From positions 1 through 44,941 of the forward strand of contig DATKBL010000135.1 of the NCBI GenBank assembly GCA_035513995.1: a stretch of 44,941 nucleotides of DNA. Direction: 5' to 3'. Made by a program: the position numbers and the translations under genes. Below are positions 42,939-44,941 of the stretch, in pieces (position 1 is the first letter of the stretch; every line of letters starts with the position of its first letter). The DNA comes from Actinomycetota bacterium (GTDB taxonomy: Bacteria > Actinomycetota > UBA4738 > CALAEC01). A model generated the notes under the pieces. It was not told the DNA's origin. It saw only the letters and a list, made by a program, of their open reading frames with translations, and searched no databases.

Positions 42939-44941
42939 TGTCATCGTTCCGCGTCGAGACCGACCTGCGCCCCGCCGGCGACCAGCCGCGGGCGATCGAT
43001 CGGATCACCGAGGGGCTGGCGGCCGGCGAGGACCGCCTCACCCTCCTCGGGATCACCGGGTCGGGAAAGACCTTCACCGCCGCGAACGTGATCGAGCGCC
43101 TGGGGAGGCCGACCCTCGTCATCTCGCCGAACAAGTCGCTCGCCGCGCAGCTCGCGAACGAGTTCCGCGAGTTCTTCCCGAACAGCGCCGTGGAGTACTT
43201 CGTCTCCTACTACGACTACTACCAGCCCGAGGCGTACGTGCCACAGACCGATCTCTACATCGAGAAGGACGCCACGGTGAACGACGAGATCGACCGCCTG
43301 CGGCACGCGACCACCGCGGCGCTGCTCACGCGGAAGGACGTCATCATCGTGGCCAGCGTCTCGTGCATCTACGGGCTGGGGTCGCCCGAGGAGTACGAGC
43401 AGCAGATCCTCCACGTCGTGCGGGGCCGTCCCCTGGGCCACACCGCGGCCCTCCAGCGACTCGTCGACATGCAGTACCAGCGGAACCAGGCCAACCTCGC
43501 CCGCGGGACCTTCCGCGTGCAGGGCGACACGGTGGAGATCCATCCCTCGTACCAGGAGACTGCGCTCCGCATCGAGCTGTGGGGCGACGAGGTCGAGCGG
43601 GTCCTCGAGATGGACCTGATCACCGGCGAGGTGGTCCGCGAGCTCGACCACGTGACGGTGTTCCCCGCGACGCACTACGTGGCCTCTCGCGAGCGGCTCG
43701 ATCGCGCGATCGTCGGGATCGAGCAGGAGCTCGGGGTCCGGCTCGAGGAGCTGGAGCGGGGGGGCAGGCTCCTCGAGGCCCAGCGGCTCCGGATGCGGAC
43801 GAACCACGACCTGGAGATGCTGCGCGAGGTCGGGTTCTGCTCGGGGATCGAGAACTACGCGCGCCACATCGACGGCCGCTCGCCGGGGACCTCGCCGTAC
43901 ACGCTGATCGACTACTTCCCCGACGAGTGGCTGTGCATCATCGACGAGTCGCACGTCACCGTGCCCCAGCTCCACGCGATGTACGAGGGCGACATGAGCC
44001 GCAAGCGCACGCTCGTGGAGCACGGGTTCCGGCTGCCGTCGGCCGTCGACAACCGCCCCCTGAAGTTCGACGAGTTCGTCGAGCGCGTGAACCAGGTGCT
44101 GTTCATGTCGGCGACCCCCAGCCCCTACGAGCTGGAGGTCTCCAGGCGGGTCGTGGAGCAGATCGTCCGGCCCACCGGGCTCGTTGATCCCGAGGTCGAG
44201 GTGCGGCCCACCCGCGGGCAGGTCGACGACCTGATGGAGGAGGTGCGGCGGCGGGCCGACGCCGACCAGCGGGTCCTGGTCACCACCCTGACGAAGAAGA
44301 TGTCCGAGGACCTCACCGACTACCTGATCGAGATGGGCCTGCGGGTCCGGTACCTCCACTCCGAGATCGACACGATGGAGCGGATCCAGATCATCCGCGA
44401 CCTCCGGCTGGGGGAGTACGACGTCCTCGTGGGGGTCAACCTCCTCCGGGAGGGTCTCGACCTGCCGGAGGTCTCGCTCGTGGCGATCCTCGACGCCGAC
44501 AAGGAGGGGTTTCTCCGCAGCGAGACCTCGCTGATCCAGACGATCGGCCGCGCCGCGCGGAACGTCGAGGGGAAGGTGCTGATGTACGCCGACGAGGTGA
44601 CCGACTCGATGCGCACGGCCATCAGCGAGACGCAGCGCCGGCGCCGGATCCAGCTCGAGCACAACCGGGAGCACGGGATCGACCCCCAGACGATCCGCAA
44701 GAAGGTCTCCGACATCCTCCTGACGATGGTGGACGAGCGCCCCGAGACCGCTCCCAAGCGGCGGCGGCGCGCGACCGAGCGGCCCGAGCTCCCCCGCGAG
44801 GAGCTGGGGCGCCTGATCGAGAGCCTCCAGGAGGAGATGCACGCGGCGGCGAAGGAGCTGAAGTTCGAGTACGCGGCGCGGCTCCGGGATGAGGTCCACG
44901 AGCTGCGGAGAGAGCTGCGGGCGATGGAAGAGGCGGGCGTC
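42938..44941 (+). CDS. uvrB: excinuclease ABC subunit B (3'-truncated by the window edge)
   Basis: Translated by hand: [27 protein letters not shown]...[17 protein letters not shown]...[25 protein letters not shown]. The frame stays open to the last base (668 codons). It is absent from the ORF track because no stop lies within the window. Track ORF 42941..44899 (-) is its antisense shadow. Confidence 0.95.
   Translation, partial: MSSFRVETDLRPAGDQPRAIDRITEGLAAGEDRLTLLGITGSGKTFTAANVIERLGRPTLVISPNKSLAAQLANEFREFFPNSAVEYFVSYYDYYQPEAYVPQTDLYIEKDATVNDEIDRLRHATTAALLTRKDVIIVASVSCIYGLGSPEEYEQQILHVVRGRPLGHTAALQRLVDMQYQRNQANLARGTFRVQGDTVEIHPSYQETALRIELWGDEVERVLEMDLITGEVVRELDHVTVFPATHYVASRERLDRAIVGIEQELGVRLEELERGGRLLEAQRLRMRTNHDLEMLREVGFCSGIENYARHIDGRSPGTSPYTLIDYFPDEWLCIIDESHVTVPQLHAMYEGDMSRKRTLVEHGFRLPSAVDNRPLKFDEFVERVNQVLFMSATPSPYELEVSRRVVEQIVRPTGLVDPEVEVRPTRGQVDDLMEEVRRRADADQRVLVTTLTKKMSEDLTDYLIEMGLRVRYLHSEIDTMERIQIIRDLRLGEYDVLVGVNLLREGLDLPEVSLVAILDADKEGFLRSETSLIQTIGRAARNVEGKVLMYADEVTDSMRTAISETQRRRRIQLEHNREHGIDPQTIRKKVSDILLTMVDERPETAPKRRRRATERPELPREELGRLIESLQEEMHAAAKELKFEYAARLRDEVHELRRELRAMEEAGV

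Noticed and set aside
1-44941. CRISPR arrays, insertion sequences, prophage or toxin-antitoxin and other defence genes.
   Set aside because: There are no regularly spaced direct repeats. None of the credible CDSs has transposase, integrase, phage or known defence-system signatures. The only repeats are codon-level low-complexity tracts and the tandem PLP-gene duplication.

Overview
This is a high-GC (roughly 70%) chromosomal segment, and the gene content and order look like Actinomycetota. All calls rest on reading the sequence and on recognising protein motifs; no database search was possible. The housekeeping backbone is ileS, preceded by a T-box leader, then a DUF167 / DksA-TraR-like / lspA / rluD operon, dnaE, one tRNA, and polA-rpsA-coaE-(HAD, DUF2203)-uvrB. 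uvrB runs off the 3' edge and is missing from the supplied ORF track. Between the tRNA and polA sit two transport and catabolism modules. The first is a HAAT-type (LivJHMGF-like) ABC importer with an ornithine cyclodeaminase (OCD)/mu-crystallin enzyme, two FAD oxidases and an LCP protein. The second is a divergent pair: a polar-amino-acid ABC importer facing an operon of two tandem class-V PLP enzymes, a second OCD-family enzyme and a two-subunit aconitase X (DUF521 + DUF126). No CRISPR array, integrase, transposase or recognisable defence system was seen. The observations most worth follow-up are: (1) a 427-bp coding-free, hairpin-rich region between convergent genes (34645-35071) that matches no RNA family I can recognise; (2) a tRNA whose manual fold gives anticodon CAA but a class-I (short variable loop) body; (3) rpsA, whose conserved N-terminal coding region has no in-frame ATG/GTG/TTG; (4) the AcnX / OCD / 2x PLP operon, which goes beyond the known cis-3-hydroxyproline route; and (5) a Cas4-like 4-Cys nuclease operon with two small paralogous proteins, divergent from dnaE. 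Many long Arg/Pro/Gly-rich ORFs in the track are antisense or off-frame shadows typical of high-GC DNA and were not called.
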